This document shows, in pieces, positions 1 to 14,000 of a stretch of DNA of 64,000 nucleotides. The DNA is taken from assembly GCA_973895155.1 (NCBI GenBank), contig OZ316893.1, forward strand, positions 24,355,520-24,419,519. Reading direction: 5' to 3'. The stretch comes from Marsupella aquatica. Lineage: Eukaryota > Plantae > Marchantiophyta. The notes under the pieces were generated by a model that worked only from the letters and a program-made list of their open reading frames with translations, searched no databases and was not told the DNA's origin. Positions within the stretch are counted from its first letter, which is position 1; each line of letters starts with the position of its first letter. The position numbers and the translations under genes were made by a program.

Positions 1-221
1 CCAATGCGAAAGACACAAAATTTTACAGTTGCCTGCCCCAGCGATCCGTCTCGAGCACCCCATGGAAGCATGGGGAAGCATGGGGAAGCAGGGGATCCTG
101 GGAAGAAAGCGTCGAGAAGCACAATCGATTTCAATGGAAACCAGAACGGATGCGATGCCGAAGTCGATGTGGCAGCAAAGCCGCAACGAAGGAGGAGACC
201 CTTACTTTCCGTTGTGCCCGG

Positions 222-3200
222 TCATCCTTTCCTCCGGGCGGACACTACTTTTCTCCTGGAGAGCCCTCGCTTTGCTCGGTTTCCTCTAAAGTCTGTCGGT
301 GCTGGACTTCTACTTTGATACCGAAATCTGTCTAACGAGGAAATGTTCAGAGTTGCTTGTGGTTGTCTGGATTGTCCTGATCTTGAATTTAAGTTTGTTT
401 CTTCATGCGCCGATGGAGAGGTCTCAAGCCAGTCAGGCCGGGGAGCAGGAGGAAATTCTTCAATGCCATTTGGACAAAGTGGCAATTTGGATGTGAAAGA
501 GCCGTCGATGTCCTGCAGGTCGAATGCGTCTGTCATGAATTGACGATTAACTCCTCGAACTCTCTTGTGCTCATTCCAGCTCCCAAGAGCATTGCTCAAA
601 CCCATCTCCTGTCGTCCAGCGTAGACCGTCAGCGGAATAGAGGAGACACTTGAAGCACCGCGTATTATTCCCAATTGTGGCCGACGAATTGGTTCTTTTG
701 CGTCCTGAAGAATCTTATGTCCTCCATGTAACTTCTCTGGCGCTCCACCTAAGCGTTTAGATCCATTCGCAGACGCTGACGTTACCCAAGGCCAATGTCT
801 CTTTCCCAACTGGAAAGGGAGGTGCTGTATTTCATACTGTGAAGCGCGAGGATTTAAAGGCTTATCGAAATTGTTCTCTAATCCATTCGGGAATCCCCCT
901 GATTGAAAGTCCGCAGACCCTGAGCCTTTGCTAAACATTTGTATGTCGTCTTCCGCATATATCTCCTGCGCTTTAGTCTGTCGGCGTGCTCCCCTGTACA
1001 GGGATACATCGTCTTTTTGTGAAGGATTAAAATGCGAAGGTGCAATTTCAGCCTGTGAACGCTTGAGATTGTTAATAACTCCGTAGAGATCTATTGAGCA
1101 AGGTTCGTTCTCCTCTGGATCTTCAGCTTGGCTACTTATTTCTGATACAGGAGGAAAATCAGGAAACCTATCAATTGGGTTGATGTCACGAAAACTGTAA
1201 GTAGGGTAGTCTTCACTTATTGCACTTGCAGGGGGAAACTCTGGAAAGCTTGACCAAACTTCTGATCTTGAAGCTTGGCTAGGGACATCTACACGGACAA
1301 CCGGTGCATCCGCCTGATGTTGGTAAGGGATTCCCACATCATGTTCATCTGTCTGCGCCTCAATCCCTTTGCAATCCGAGACCGCTGTGGTAGCAAGGGC
1401 GGTAAAAGTGCACTGGGCCTTGAAAAGCTCCAAGCAGTGCTTGGGTACTTCGTATGGCTCAACAGCTGCATACTGTTGTTCAAGAGAATATGACATAAAT
1501 AGAGGCAATGGACAGGCAGATGACAAAATCGCATGTGCTGTAAGAGAATTAATGGAGGGAAATCCTGTAAGGAATGCTTCCGCCAGTGTTGGACCCTCTG
1601 TCATGATTGGATATGAGGGCACGTGCTTTGATCTTCTCACTGCTTGGATGGAGTGGATCAGAATTGTATCTGTGACAACCGGATGTCTCGAGCCAAAACA
1701 TTGAAATTGCATGTCCAATGCAAAGGCAAGTGTGTAGATTTGAGTGGAGATCTGCAGAGCTGCTTTGGTGAACTCTGTCGGTCCTTCAAAGATCTGGAAA
1801 GCCGTCAATAAGACCGGTCACTTTTACGTTGAACGAAAGTCAAGGTAAAGACTTTTCAACAACTGGAAACATCATGGAATGCTTCTCTCTAGTTGTACAT
1901 TATCAACTGATTAAACTACAAGTAAAAGGAAAAGAGTTGTCAGTTAAACAGACCATGATGCAGTCACGGAAGGAGAAACTGATAGCTTTGAGATGAGTGA
2001 GCACTTCATTTTGGAGAGTCTCCTGCTTATCTTTCAAATTGTGACGCTCCAGATTGAGCTTGCCTAACGTGTAGACCACAACGCAAGAAGCTGGACTCAG
2101 GATAAGATCAATCGGAAGTCGTGACTCTCTTTCTACAACTTGAAGGTTCTCCTTCTCAAGCTGGAGGATCTTTTGATAAGAGCTCCTTCTTCCTGTCAGC
2201 ATGTGTTCATTTGGATGGGAGATATTAGCAACGATGATCATTTCACACCGTCTTTCCGGTGAGCGGTTCTCATCTGGTATCTGCTTCGTTGCAACGCGTG
2301 AAGATGAATGTGTTGTCCGTTCATGTTCACTGGGCGGCACATTCTGGTTCCGTGTACTTGACTCGCTGAGTGACTGATCTGCCGAGGGACCAAAGGCTAT
2401 ATTTGGCTTGAACAATGGAGTAGAGTTACTGAGATTTTGTGCCTGCGTCGGTGAAAATCCCCAAAAGTTAGTACTTCGGCAAATACCGGCTTAAATGCAT
2501 TTCAAAATCAGAATTCAGACTTCGTAAGGAAAAAACATTCAACTTTTAATTAACCATCAAAAAGAGTTTCGGTTGTCCCGTATAGCCGAGGTCCGCATCC
2601 CAAGTACTGAATAAAGTACCTGAAATTCACAATTTTTTGACATAAACTTTGTTCCAAGCTACCATTAAACGGCTATACTGCTTGGAACAATTCTCATAAA
2701 CTGCTGGTAGATCTTACGATGGTAAGTTTCTGGAGGAATCTCTGTCCAAGACTTCTGGCATGTTGCGAGGACAGTATGTCACTAGAATGAAACGACAGGG
2801 CCAATTTCTTATTTCGTAAGGCGAAGAATTGCGCATCAGTTGAATGCTGCAATTATCTGCTTCTTTGAAAACGGTTAGAACTATGCACCGAGATTTGAGC
2901 TGGACAATGCCCTGAATTCTCAAGCTGCTAACCTCGGAAATCCGACTACTTCTTCCATTCTCGGAAGGCTATGTCTGAATATTTACTGGTCCCGCAGAAC
3001 CATCATTTATGAGCATCAACTAACTACTGTGTTCTGTCACTCGACCAACTAAGTAAACCCACTGAAAGAGTGATGAGGTCTATCTTTCGTGTTCCACAGA
3101 AGCCACTGCAGTGCCACAGTAGTAGTGTCTTACCTGAGGATCTTGACAATCAGTCTGCCTATGAGAAGAAGAGCCTGAACATTTCATCTCAGAGTGCAGC

Positions 3201-6200
3201 AACACTTTGAACAAATGTATCACACATCTTCCTTTTGTCCAACTGCTGATCGGTGGGCTAATGTTTGGCGAATCTGCGTATTGTATGATCATGGTGAACC
3301 CTTGTACAGGAAACGAGGAATTTACATACCTGAAATACTACAATCGCAATCAGTATATTATCAATTTGACGGCCGTGTCAAAGAAACAATATCCAAAGTA
3401 ATAGTTCAAACCTAGGTTCTCTACAAAGCAAATTCCTTGAACATTTCTACTAGTACTCTCTTACGGTTCTGGTTGCTTACACGTGGTTCGCACGAAATAT
3501 AATGCAGAGTGAAGTAGACTCTCCTGAGAGAACATTGCAGCCACTTTTCGTAAACTTACGCATAAGATACAAGAAGGCAATCAGAAAAGGTCAAGGCCTC
3601 CGAAATCTCGGCCTTCAGCTTCTCCTGGCTATCTTCCTGTAGCACTCCATTGTGGAGATAATTCTCCTTTCGATCAATCTGGTATGGAGTCAAACCAAGT
3701 GACACTAGTTTCCTAACCAGAGTGAAAAATGCTCTCCTGTCAGCCAGCAGAAGAATCCTCATGGATGAGTATTTTGCGCGATGTCTCTCCAGTGCGACAG
3801 GTCCGAGGAGCTTATCGAGATAGCATAATTTTGGGTGATCTTCGACCATCCCTCTTTCAACGTTGTCGTATGCCTCTTCAAGTTCAGTTCTGGAATCCAT
3901 GATGTACCCTTCTAGAAAGTGCATCTTTTCAAAACAACTTTCTAGATAGAGATGGCCCACTTGTATGCCATAACTGCACAAATTTAGAGCAGTATGGCGC
4001 AAGACATGCAATGCAATGAGCCCTCTTAGGACAGTTTGTCGTTGACGTGAAACTGGCTCGTCGGCCATGTTGCTTATGAGCGAGGTGAGGTAACTATTAC
4101 CATCACCATCAAAACCAAACTGCTTCAGACTTTCCAGGTCTCCAGGCGTCTTCAACTCCGAGATCTCCTCCATGGCTAGCAGTGCAAAGTAATCCGATGA
4201 CAGTGAGACCAGACACTTTCGTATTTCCATGGAAATTTCTATTTGATGCTCACAAAGAGAAGCGGCTTCTGTATTATGGTCTTGATTATCGCGCCCAGGA
4301 GTTATTGACAAGGCTGGCTTATTGACAACCTTAGAGCTATTGTTCTGAGGGTCCTCGATAATCTGCACATCAGAGCCAGCTGTAACCGGGATCCCTTTCC
4401 TTGCCCGCACGAAAAAGTCGAAATCATTGACTATGGAATCAGAGCCACTTTGTACAGATGTCGACCTCATTTCCCTATCTCTGAGTACGGGATCGTTAGA
4501 CGGTTGCCCTTCTTGGGATTTACGCTGGAAATTTCCACCTTTATTGAGTGCGCTGGTAGAAGCCATGAACCTCTCCACAGGTTGCGTGTTTTGCAGATGT
4601 GGCCTTCCCATCCTGCCGGCATCAGGATTGCACTTCGTAGCTTGAACTTTAGGGCCTACAATTCCACCTTCCACTCCAGATGTATGATGATTTTGTGGTG
4701 AGTTTGATACATTACAAGCAGGCAGGAAGCCATTTTCAGCAATCTTGTCGATGTCAGGACGAAAATCGAAGCAAGGTGTTTGAAGAAGGATTTCGTACTC
4801 CCTCTCGCGTGGTTTCTGTATCTCCACTGCCGGCTCCACTGGCGGTAGATAAGATTTATTGCCCCGAGTTTGAGAGATCTTCCCTGCAGCAGAACAAAAG
4901 ACAGCCTCAATCTTCTCCCCTGTTGCTCCTGTAACATTACGAATGGCACTGTTGTCTTGATCAGAGTCATTGCTCTCAAGCAGCCTCAGCTCGACAGTGA
5001 ATTTGGAGCCTTTTTGTGATTTTACAACTTCTGTTATCAGTGAGGTGGACGGCAGTGGCTGACACTCGGCCTCCTTAATCAAATGCGCCTGGAGACTGAA
5101 ACATGCAGCATTGGTGCACTTCAAGCCATGGAAAAAATGCCAATCCAGGTACAACCAGTCAGTTGCCGGGACAGCGCAAGGCTGGCAATTAAGAGAGACC
5201 AATCTTCCGAAATCTGCATCTATCATGTACAGCTCCTGAGGGCAGGTTACCACCGGTACAGGAAAAAACTGAAAATGCTGGTCGTCAAGGGTCAGCTCAG
5301 GTAAAACCACTGCACTTTCAAAACTTTGCGATGGTTTTAGTCTCGGGAGGTCGGGCACTAGTGTCTCCGATTCATGTGCTGCGATGATGCCAGGAGTTGT
5401 GTCCGCTAAAGAGCTCAAACTCCAATCACACGTACTCGGAATTTCAAACGTCAGCATAATACCGTGCGGAGGATCAGCTGCTGAATCCATGACAGGCACT
5501 GAACTTGGCTGGGGACCGCATTGCTCACATACTAGGCCAGGGGGGAAAATCGCCGGCTGTATGATCTCCTCATGGTAGACAATTTTGGATGTTAAACTCT
5601 CTTCCAAAGTTTTCTTATTATTGAAGGCGCCCGTAGGGAAATTGTGTGCCTCTTTCTCCATTTTGCCTTCATGAGATTCAAACCATTGCAGCAAGCAAGT
5701 TGGCTTGAGAGGGTAAGTCATTTCTTTCTCGCCCCTGTTGTTCGCGTTGGCATTCTCTGGAATCATACGGATTTCAATCCGCATAATCGTTGCGATAAGA
5801 TCGTTAATTTTGCGAGGATGTCGCCGAGAGCAGCAGGCTTCGTCAATTCGCCGTAGTTCATGGATATCATTAAACCGAGCCTGAAAAGACACAATTCATA
5901 GCAAAGGGACATTAAATCGGAAGCGTGAAGTCGGAGTAACAAATTTGGCGGTCTCGCGTCCCGGAAATTGAGAAATCAACTTTGCGACTTGGAGATGTAT
6001 TTAAACGAAACTCCAAACTTTTCAGGGGTGTTAATTCTCCTAATATTTACCTCTACTGCGGTTGACTCGTTTTTCCAACGCTCTGGAGAACAAGGGAGAG
6101 GCAAAATGTCGAACCAAGCCTACAGGCAGACAGCGCCACCAACTTGGTTGATCGTGTATGATTCCGAATCAATCTTTAAAGGTTACACAACTAGATGACA

Positions 6201-7777
6201 AGTATCATGGGACGATCATGTCTATGTGGAAACTTGACCATACTAGAACTCTTTGTCCGACAGAGTACAATGGCTGCTCGACAGTTCGAGACATATAATG
6301 GAAACCACGATCCTAGGAGAAGTGCATGCACTGAGGAACTGAAAGTAAATCAGAACAGACTATTAAAGGAGGCTATCGACTGTAAGTGGCTTCACAGGGA
6401 CACAATACAAGTCAGAAAATATGTGATTGACCTTAGGGACGTGAACTTTCGGCAAAGCTACCAGCTCGTCCGATTCGATAGTACTTAATTGCGCCCCTCC
6501 AAATCCAAGTCCTAAGATTATTCTCCAACAGTCCTGCAGTTTTGAGAACGATTTGTCGTGAACTGAATATTCTGCAGTGCGATCGATTCCCATACATTTC
6601 TGTGACCTACACCGATTCTCCCATGGTTCATTGCCTGATGATATTTGCAGTCGAAGAGAAGGCAATCGATCGGTCAATGCTACTTTTGTAAGGAAAGTCA
6701 TGGACTATCATAGTCAGAATAACTGAAGATCACAAATTCATGTGAAATTAGGGACGACCAAACTAACACCGGAGCAAACTTGTTTTGTGAAATCACACGG
6801 CTGCTTGCATCATTGCCGTCGCGATTGAAAAGTACTACTGAAACGGCACGTCATGAGAGGAATCAGAGGGAATGTGTTCTCAAGTGGTAAACATAGTTCC
6901 TAGCTCCTATATGCACAGTACTTTTCAAACTCTTAGTTTATGTGATTTTGAACTGCAATGCTGCAACCCCCTGATATTCGAGTTAAAGGTTAAAGCAATT
7001 CTCGAAAGCAGGCTGTAACTTGCTCGACAGCCTGCTTTCGAGAGGCTAAATCACTCTGCTGAAAATCACTTTTTCAATCAACATCAACACCCGCATCAAC
7101 AATCGTCGAATCATCTTCATGTCACTCCTACCCTACGAAGCCAGCTTCTGATTAGCAAAAGCAAGCTGAACGCGAAGTCCTTTCAGAATCAATACGAGAC
7201 GAAACGAGAGACGACAGGCATATACCGGCTGAGGGATGCAGTCCTTCAATTCCACCTGGGGGGTCTCAATACTCGGAAAGTCTGAGACGAGCGATCCCGG
7301 CTTTTGCTCCTTCACATGCTGTCTGCTGATCTGATGCGGAACGTTGTCGCATATCATGGATTTGGAACCGTTGGAGATCCTATTATCATCCTCTTTGTGG
7401 ACTTGTAGTTGAATCTGCTCCATGTCGGAACACATCCAATGCACCAACTGTGATCTATTGGTAACTCCCTCTCCCAGGTCGATGCTTGGTTGGCAAGGTA
7501 CTTTATCGGGGAATATCTCCGACAGGAACTTGTCATAAATCTTCGTCTCTTCAAACAAAGGGAAATCTTGAGGAAGCTCAGAGCAAAGCTTTGGAGAGGA
7601 GCTGTCGAACAGGCTTTGGTGGCAGCTGTCCACGACGCCATTCGATTTGCTTAAGGCAAAAGTTTCTTTCTCGGGACTTGTCAGGACAGGAAGAGGAAGC
7701 ACGTTTCTGAGATACTCTTCTCTTGACGATCTTGATGCCTCATGAAAGTGATCAACCGCTAGATATCTGAGACGCAT
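222..7777 (-). CDS. SHOC1: SHORTAGE IN CHIASMATA 1 (SHOC1/ZIP2-like, XPF-related meiotic crossover protein), multi-exon
   Basis: ATG at 7777 gives MRLRYLAVDHF, resembling the plant SHOC1 N-terminus. Large exon ~5880-3560 contains 'DWLYLDWHF' and 'LCSYGIQVGHLYL...VEDHPKL'. Exon ~2440-1954 contains 'RRSSYQKILQLEKENLQVVERESRLPIDLILSPASC'. Last exon ~1793-222 contains 'TLAEAFLTGFPSINSLTAHAILSS'. The exon-1 donor at ~7225 is also conserved in the pseudo-copy. Small internal exons (6300-6700, 2600-3500) were not resolved. Confidence 0.85.
7000..7043. repeat. Perfect 17-bp inverted repeat (hairpin, 10-nt loop) in SHOC1 intron 1
   Basis: tctcgaaagcaggctgt (7000-7016) and acagcctgctttcgaga (7027-7043) are exact reverse complements. 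Confidence 0.9.
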
Positions 7778-7799
7778 CCTGGCAGCTTTTGCGATTGAC

Positions 7800-8690
7800 A
7801 GTGGCGACGCCACTACCTCACTCACTCACAGATGGATGCATTCAACAACATGCTAAGACTACAGGTACTGAGTAACTCCTGCGGGACCGAGGTTTTCAGT
7901 GCTTGAGGCGGAAAGACATCTCCGAGCCTTCCGAAATGACGATGTGAGCGTTACGATGAGGAACATCTATACAACCCCGCCATTCTGTAGATTGTGCGAA
8001 CTTCGACAGTCTGTCGTTGCATGATTTCTGAGAAGGCACTTCGACCACGATCTGATCAGCAAAATAATGCAAGCAGAGCGGAAGTTTGTGATCACGGAGC
8101 TTCGAGAGAAACTGCTCGGGAGCAGCCAATAGCAGTGGCGATCCACTACCTACTGACTCACAGATGGATGCATTCAACTACTTGCACAAGACTTCAGATA
8201 ACAGACACTCAGTAGCTCCCGCGGGACCGAGGCTTCAGTGCTTGAGGCGGGAAGACATCTCCGAGCTTTCCGAAATGACGATTTGAGCGTTACGATGAGT
8301 AACATACAACCCCGCCAATCTGGCTTTCAAAAAGCCGAGCCGGCCGCTATCCTCCGTCATTTCTGTAGATTGTGAGAACTTCGACAATGTAGATTGTTTC
8401 TGTAAATTGTGAAAACTTCGACAATATATGTCGATTGGTGAGAGCTTCCTCAATGTAGAAGTGAGAACTTCGACAATGTAGATTTGTGAGAACTTCGACA
8501 ATGTAGATTTGTGAGAACTTCGACTGTGTAGATTGTGAGAACTTCGACAGTTTGTCGTTGCATGATTTCTTGAAAAGGCACCATGACCACGATCTGATCA
8601 GCAAAAACATGCAGGCAGAGAGGAAGTTTGTAGAGCGGAAGTTTGTGATGTCTCTGAGCTTCAAGAGGACCCGCTCAGGAGCAGCCAGTA
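7800..8690. repeat. Diverged tandem duplication (~335-bp unit) immediately upstream of SHOC1; the second copy has an internal ~23-bp minisatellite expansion
   Basis: 'ctcacagatggatgcattcaac...gcgggaccgagg...cagtgcttgaggcgg...gaaatgacgat...gaccacgatctgatcagcaaaa...gagcagcca' occurs at ~7800-8130 and ~8133-8690. 'gagaacttcgacaatgtagatttgt'-like units are repeated at ~8365-8550. Confidence 0.85.
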
Positions 8691-8751
8691 GACGCAAGCA
8701 TATTAGACTAATTATACTGATTAGACTATGAATATCCCCCACTTAAAGCCC

Positions 8752-8800
8752 TTGGTTCGTAATTTGGTTCGTAATTTGGCGGGTAATTTGGTTCGTAATT
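8752..8800. repeat. 12-bp tandem repeat (ttggttcgtaat) x~4
   Basis: Read directly; it gives RNLVRNLAGNLVRN in the ORF track. Confidence 0.8.
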
Positions 8801-10278
8801 TTAGTTGCTGTGTAGAGAAGAATGCTATGTACTTTGTAAAATTAAGCAAGAACGCGAACCTGATGATTATTACTCTTAAACCACCTCTCTCCACCTCTGT
8901 CCACGAGGTTAGGGGAGGGAAAAATAGAACACGTTTCTACTTTTTTGAGCAAGGTTTTGGTTTATTTTAGTAACCTGGATCCACCAGGTTTTGCTTGGGG
9001 GCAGTGGCGCTTTATGTGTCAAAAGCTTCAACCTAGGGTTTAGAACCCTAAAGGATTAGAGTTGGAGACTGAGGGTTTAGAACCCTGCACTTCCTTATAG
9101 TGATGGTCTGCAACAATACCCATAGTGTGCTTGACAAATACTAAGGTCCCATTCTGGGTATTAGCCTCTATACCATGTGCCCAGAACTTGGGCAGCAACC
9201 TGCGGGTAGTGGGTGCGTTGTGAAAGTGCCCTAAATGAAGAGCTAAATGACTTTCCAGAGATCCATTACCCCAAATTAATTATAGGTGGAGAGAAGAACG
9301 CCAATGCTGTCTGAGTCTATGTAAGTTTAGGTGCTCTATACAGAACAATGCACAATCTATATTTGGATTGGGACAAATGAAACTTCAAAATTCAAAAAGA
9401 AATCTCTCAGGCCTCTAGAGAACCCTATTTTTTTGTTATTATTGTAGGTGCTTTATAGAGAAGAATGCACACTCCACATTTGAATAGGGGCATAATAAAA
9501 GCTCAAAGTCAATACAAGTCTTTCAAGCCTTTTAAGTGCATTAACCTTCCATGACAGGGTATTGTGAGCCCTCATTTTTGGGGGTCTTATGGCCTATATT
9601 GCCCTGTTTACCAGAAAGTTAGTATCTATAGTGGTCACCAGAAGTTTTCTTTGGTGGCAAAAATTCACCAAATTCCACCTTCCTAACAAGAACTCAATCA
9701 TCGCTTTGTTGGAAATTTGCAATGTATTTTGTTTTAGATTTGGGCTTGAACGTACGGGGATAGGGAGGGCTTGGAGGAAGTTGGACCCAGTTAAGTCCAA
9801 AAGAATTGTACATTACCGCCTTAATGGAAGTGTGTGTCCATTATGCCGTCGTGAAAATCTAAATTGTTCTGGTATTTCAAACTTGGAAATGGAAGGAGCA
9901 CTCTGGATTTAAAACACATGTAGAAGTGTATTTTTCCATGATGCAAAACTGAAAATTTCAATCTTTCCAAATTTCAATCTTAGAATGGAAGGTATGAGTA
10001 CTTAAAACTAATGTACAAATGTACATTCCGCAAATTTACAATTACTCACATACAGAAGAGCCCATGCCTGCGTCTTGGGCCACAGAGCAATTAGGTGGCT
10101 TGCTCACAGTGATGGGTGGATGTACTTGTCTGCATACGGGAGGACGGGTGACCAACCTTGCCTAGATCCGAGCTGTGACTACTGTGGGCTGAGTTTTCTC
10201 AGAATTTGATTGGCTGTGTCTGAGCTCTTTACTGCACAGAAATCCTGTGGTCTTGTCGCTGTTGTTTATTCCATAGCT

Positions 10279-10377
10279 CCTTAGATTTGTAAGGTCCTCG
10301 ACACAATTCTTCTTCCTAGTATCTACATCCTTAGATTTGTAAGGTCCTCGACAGAATTCTTCTTCCTAGTATCTACA
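10279..10377. repeat. ~50-bp near-perfect tandem duplication
   Basis: ccttagatttgtaaggtcctcgaca(c/g)aattcttcttcctagtatctaca x2. Confidence 0.9.
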
Positions 10378-10669
10378 GCAAGATTGCCTTCTACTAAATT
10401 TCCCCAACACAATTGAAGGACATTTTACGTTCTACCAATCAACTTCGAAAATCTTTCCCTCCTCCTTACTTGGAATCGATGTAGTTCGAAAAGATCTCCC
10501 CTTCGGAGAGTTCTGAAGGAAATAGACGCCATACTACCTTTGGTGACAAGCTGATATCAGCCTTTTCTGTTTCATCATTGCCTCATGGCATTGTATAGCC
10601 ACTTGACATTAAGTTATTCTCTAATCAACCAGTGGGACAATAGAAAACCGTCTTAGACTGCGGCGCATG

Positions 10670-10837
10670 TTTTCAGGACGAATCTTACCAACAAATCAGC
10701 ATCTTTGAGTAAGATATCCAAAGCCTTTTTGCATGAAACTGTATAATTATGGGTTTTCAGGACGAATCTTACCAACAAATCAGCATCTTTGAGTAAGATA
10801 TCCAAAGCCTTTTTGCATGAAACTGTATAATTATGGG
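10670..10837. repeat. ~84-bp perfect tandem duplication
   Basis: ttttcaggacgaatcttaccaacaaatcagc...gaaactgtataattatggg x2. Confidence 0.9.
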
Positions 10838-11075
10838 ACTATACACTGATTCTCGATCCCAATTAAAGTAATATCTTCCCCTGGAAGCAATAGCTCGTGG
10901 AGAATGGAACCTCACAAATCAACTGAGTACTTTGAATTGAACATCCATACAAAAGATTTGCAGGTCTGCCATCTTCTCTCGAAATTCGAACATCTGACAC
11001 GGGAAATCTCTACAGTATACATTCGCCTGCGGACGGGCTTGAGTATCGCAGCAGGTAAACCAATTCTGATATGGC

Positions 11076-14000
11076 TCACGATGAATACTGGACGTCATAA
11101 GCCCTGGCTGTACCGTCATCAGATCCTGTGACAATATACCTGCCATCTCTGCATCACAGTTCATGACCATTTTCATTAGGAGAGATCGTTGAACAAGCTT
11201 CAGCGTCAACATAGCTACTTAACTCTCATAATGTAGACGATACTTCTTGTCAAAAGCAAGTAAGATATACTTCCCATTAGCCTTTGATAAACGACGAGAA
11301 CTAATCCTATTTGTACCTGAAGCAGCTAATGTTCAAGTGATAACTAATGCACTTAAGTTCATAATACTGATAGCTCCTTTGAGAAAGAAAGGAATCGAAC
11401 TTCTCGAAAAATCCCTGGCGTAGACCGATTTCATGAGATAAGCAACTTCCGTAAAACGGAAACTTGTGAGCCACGGAGGAGACGCACCGTGATACTGCGA
11501 GGTCCAGTATACTGTCTTGGTGTCCTTGGAGTAATCTTTGAATAGTTCCAGTACGGCTATCCCAAATCCTCACCTTGCCATCCAGACAACCACTGTAGAT
11601 GAGATGGGATGAGGAGGGCCAAATAATCTTCACCACGCCATCCTGGAAACTCCAAACAATCACCTTGTAAAATAAGTATACGTTCTGGGGTACTCAAATG
11701 TTTAGCGATGAGAAAACCTAATAACCACCTACGATTACCCTCCTGCATTTATTGGCTACTCTGCTTCTCGTACAATTGGCAACTTATCCAAATCATGGTC
11801 TCACCGAATCCCCACAGATTCTGATTCCATGAAAACAGCACTTCAACGGGATTTCAATCTTCTCAAATCCTTGTTATCACCCAAGAAACAACAGGAACCG
11901 AATCAACAAAGAACAAAGCACAGGAACTATCCCTCAAAGAAATTAAGTGTCGGCAAAAGAAATTGTCAAATGACTCAACAATGCTCACATCATGGATGCA
12001 AGTGCTGCGCTGGGTCAGACTTTGCAGATCCCAGATAATAACTTTTCCATCCATTCCCCCAGTTGCTGCCAAAGGAAGCCTGCAAGAGAGCAACAAGTTA
12101 TAAACTGAACTAGGGATGGATGGTTTAGATAATGAGAGCCATATCGGAACAAAGACTGGATCAGAGAGATCTGGAAGGGCCAACGTTATCGCTACAGGGA
12201 CAACCAAACACACTGGGATCGTTTGACTCAAGTGCTTTAAAACAGTGGGAGACGACAGAAAAAAGGTAAACGAGACTGCCACATGCATTGAAAAACCAAA
12301 GAAGAAATAGACTCTTAAAGTGGACTTCCTCAAAGAATGCAGTAATTTCCATGGTAATGCCAATGCTATAGTTAGAGACTCAACATGAACTAGAAGAATC
12401 AAAACGGATGGGCGACTCAAGCAACTTAATATGATGGCACAAATCACGGAAATTGGGTAGCGCAAATGAACGGTCAATTCCACAGTCCAGACGAAACTTG
12501 CAAAACCCTGTCTTCAGAAAACGATGCTTACAGGTCCCGAGGGAAAGTGCTGGGCTTATGTACATTGAACTTACATAGAAGACAATCCTACACACTCCAC
12601 AGACTTTGTATGACCAGCCAATGAACCCGTAATCTGCAGTAAATCATCAAATCCATAGCGTTACGGAAATGAAACACCCAAATATAGCCCAAAGGTCTAC
12701 GAACGTCAAAATATCCAATGCATGAACCACAGCAATTGGTAAGATACAACGCGCAGTAACACCAAACTACAAGCATCGAAAGAGAAACAAATATGAAAGC
12801 CAACGTATATTCTAATCTCCCGTACATTTTTACTCATCACTCAACAAAAATCTAAGCTGGTGCACAACTCTTGTACCCTAAAGAGGCAGGTCATCAGTGA
12901 GACTATGACAGTAGACTTACCCTCCCGTTTTGGAGATTCACAATACAAGCAGTTGTATCTTCGGAGCCTGTGATGGCAAAGGAGGAGTCTGCATGAATTG
13001 CCAAACACAACACACCTTGTGTATGGTACGGATGGCCTGGTCACATACGGCAGCAAGTATAATGAGTGGTAAGAGTTCTGGAGGAAAAACTTGTCATTCA
13101 AGATCCCATCTCCAACTTCCAAAACGAATTTGAGCTTTCGTGTATGTAAAGTTTGTAATGTCGCCAACAAAGAAAATTGAACACGGATTCCAAACCTTGG
13201 ATGACATGGGTGCTCTCTGCAGATTTTGGATTCCATATCCGTAGACTCCCATCACCTCCTCCTGTACAGAATGACTTTCCTGGACAAAGAGTTTACAGTG
13301 CAACTCAGGTGCAACCAAATCTAATTTTTCATGTGGATCATGGCTACTCATACAATGTCGACAATTTCTATGAAGGAATCAGCTGGTCCGATCTGCTTTG
13401 AAGAGAACTCTTAACAGAAGTGTACCACGAGAATACACTGGTATAATATCCTCAGTGTTCCTGAGATTGCAGATATGAGCTGATACCATATCTTATCATA
13501 ACATGGACATTACAAATCTCCCTATAATTTTAAATTCTTCGAGAAAGGTTTTAACCAACCGTCGGGAGTGAAATCTCCACAAGTGACTTCTCCACTGTGC
13601 CCGGAGAAGACATTCAAACACGCTCCACTGTTTGCGTTCCACAACCAAGCCGTGAAGTCCTCTGAACCTGCCAATATCAAATGTCCTTTGGGATGCCATT
13701 TCACCCACTGAGGACATATTACAGAGCATCTGAGTTCATTGTCTTACAAATTACAGACCATGTTACATAATACTCCTTATGCACCACAGTTAAACCTGTC
13801 CCAATGTCATTTTTAAACCAAAAGGAAAACGATACACAAGACGGCTGTCATCACGTGAGGAAAACCGACGAAAGATAACCCCCAAGAAAATATCACGGAC
13901 TACGTTCGCAAGTCAGAATTGCCGAAATCAGTTGACAATGGTCCCAACTAGTAGCCACCCCAGAAGAACTTGGCAACAGCCGTAGCTGCATCTCGTTACC

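Noticed and set aside
8322-8330. CHR-like TTTGAA upstream of SHOC1, suggesting regulation by the neighbouring ALY/DREAM
   Set aside because: A 6-mer is expected by chance, and proximity is irrelevant for a trans-acting factor.
8360-8550. Short repeats that superficially resemble a CRISPR array
   Set aside because: Units are head-to-tail without unique spacers, the context is eukaryotic, and there are no cas genes. It is a minisatellite.
9030-9090. Telomere-like gggtttag / aaccct motifs
   Set aside because: Only isolated copies, not an interstitial telomeric array.
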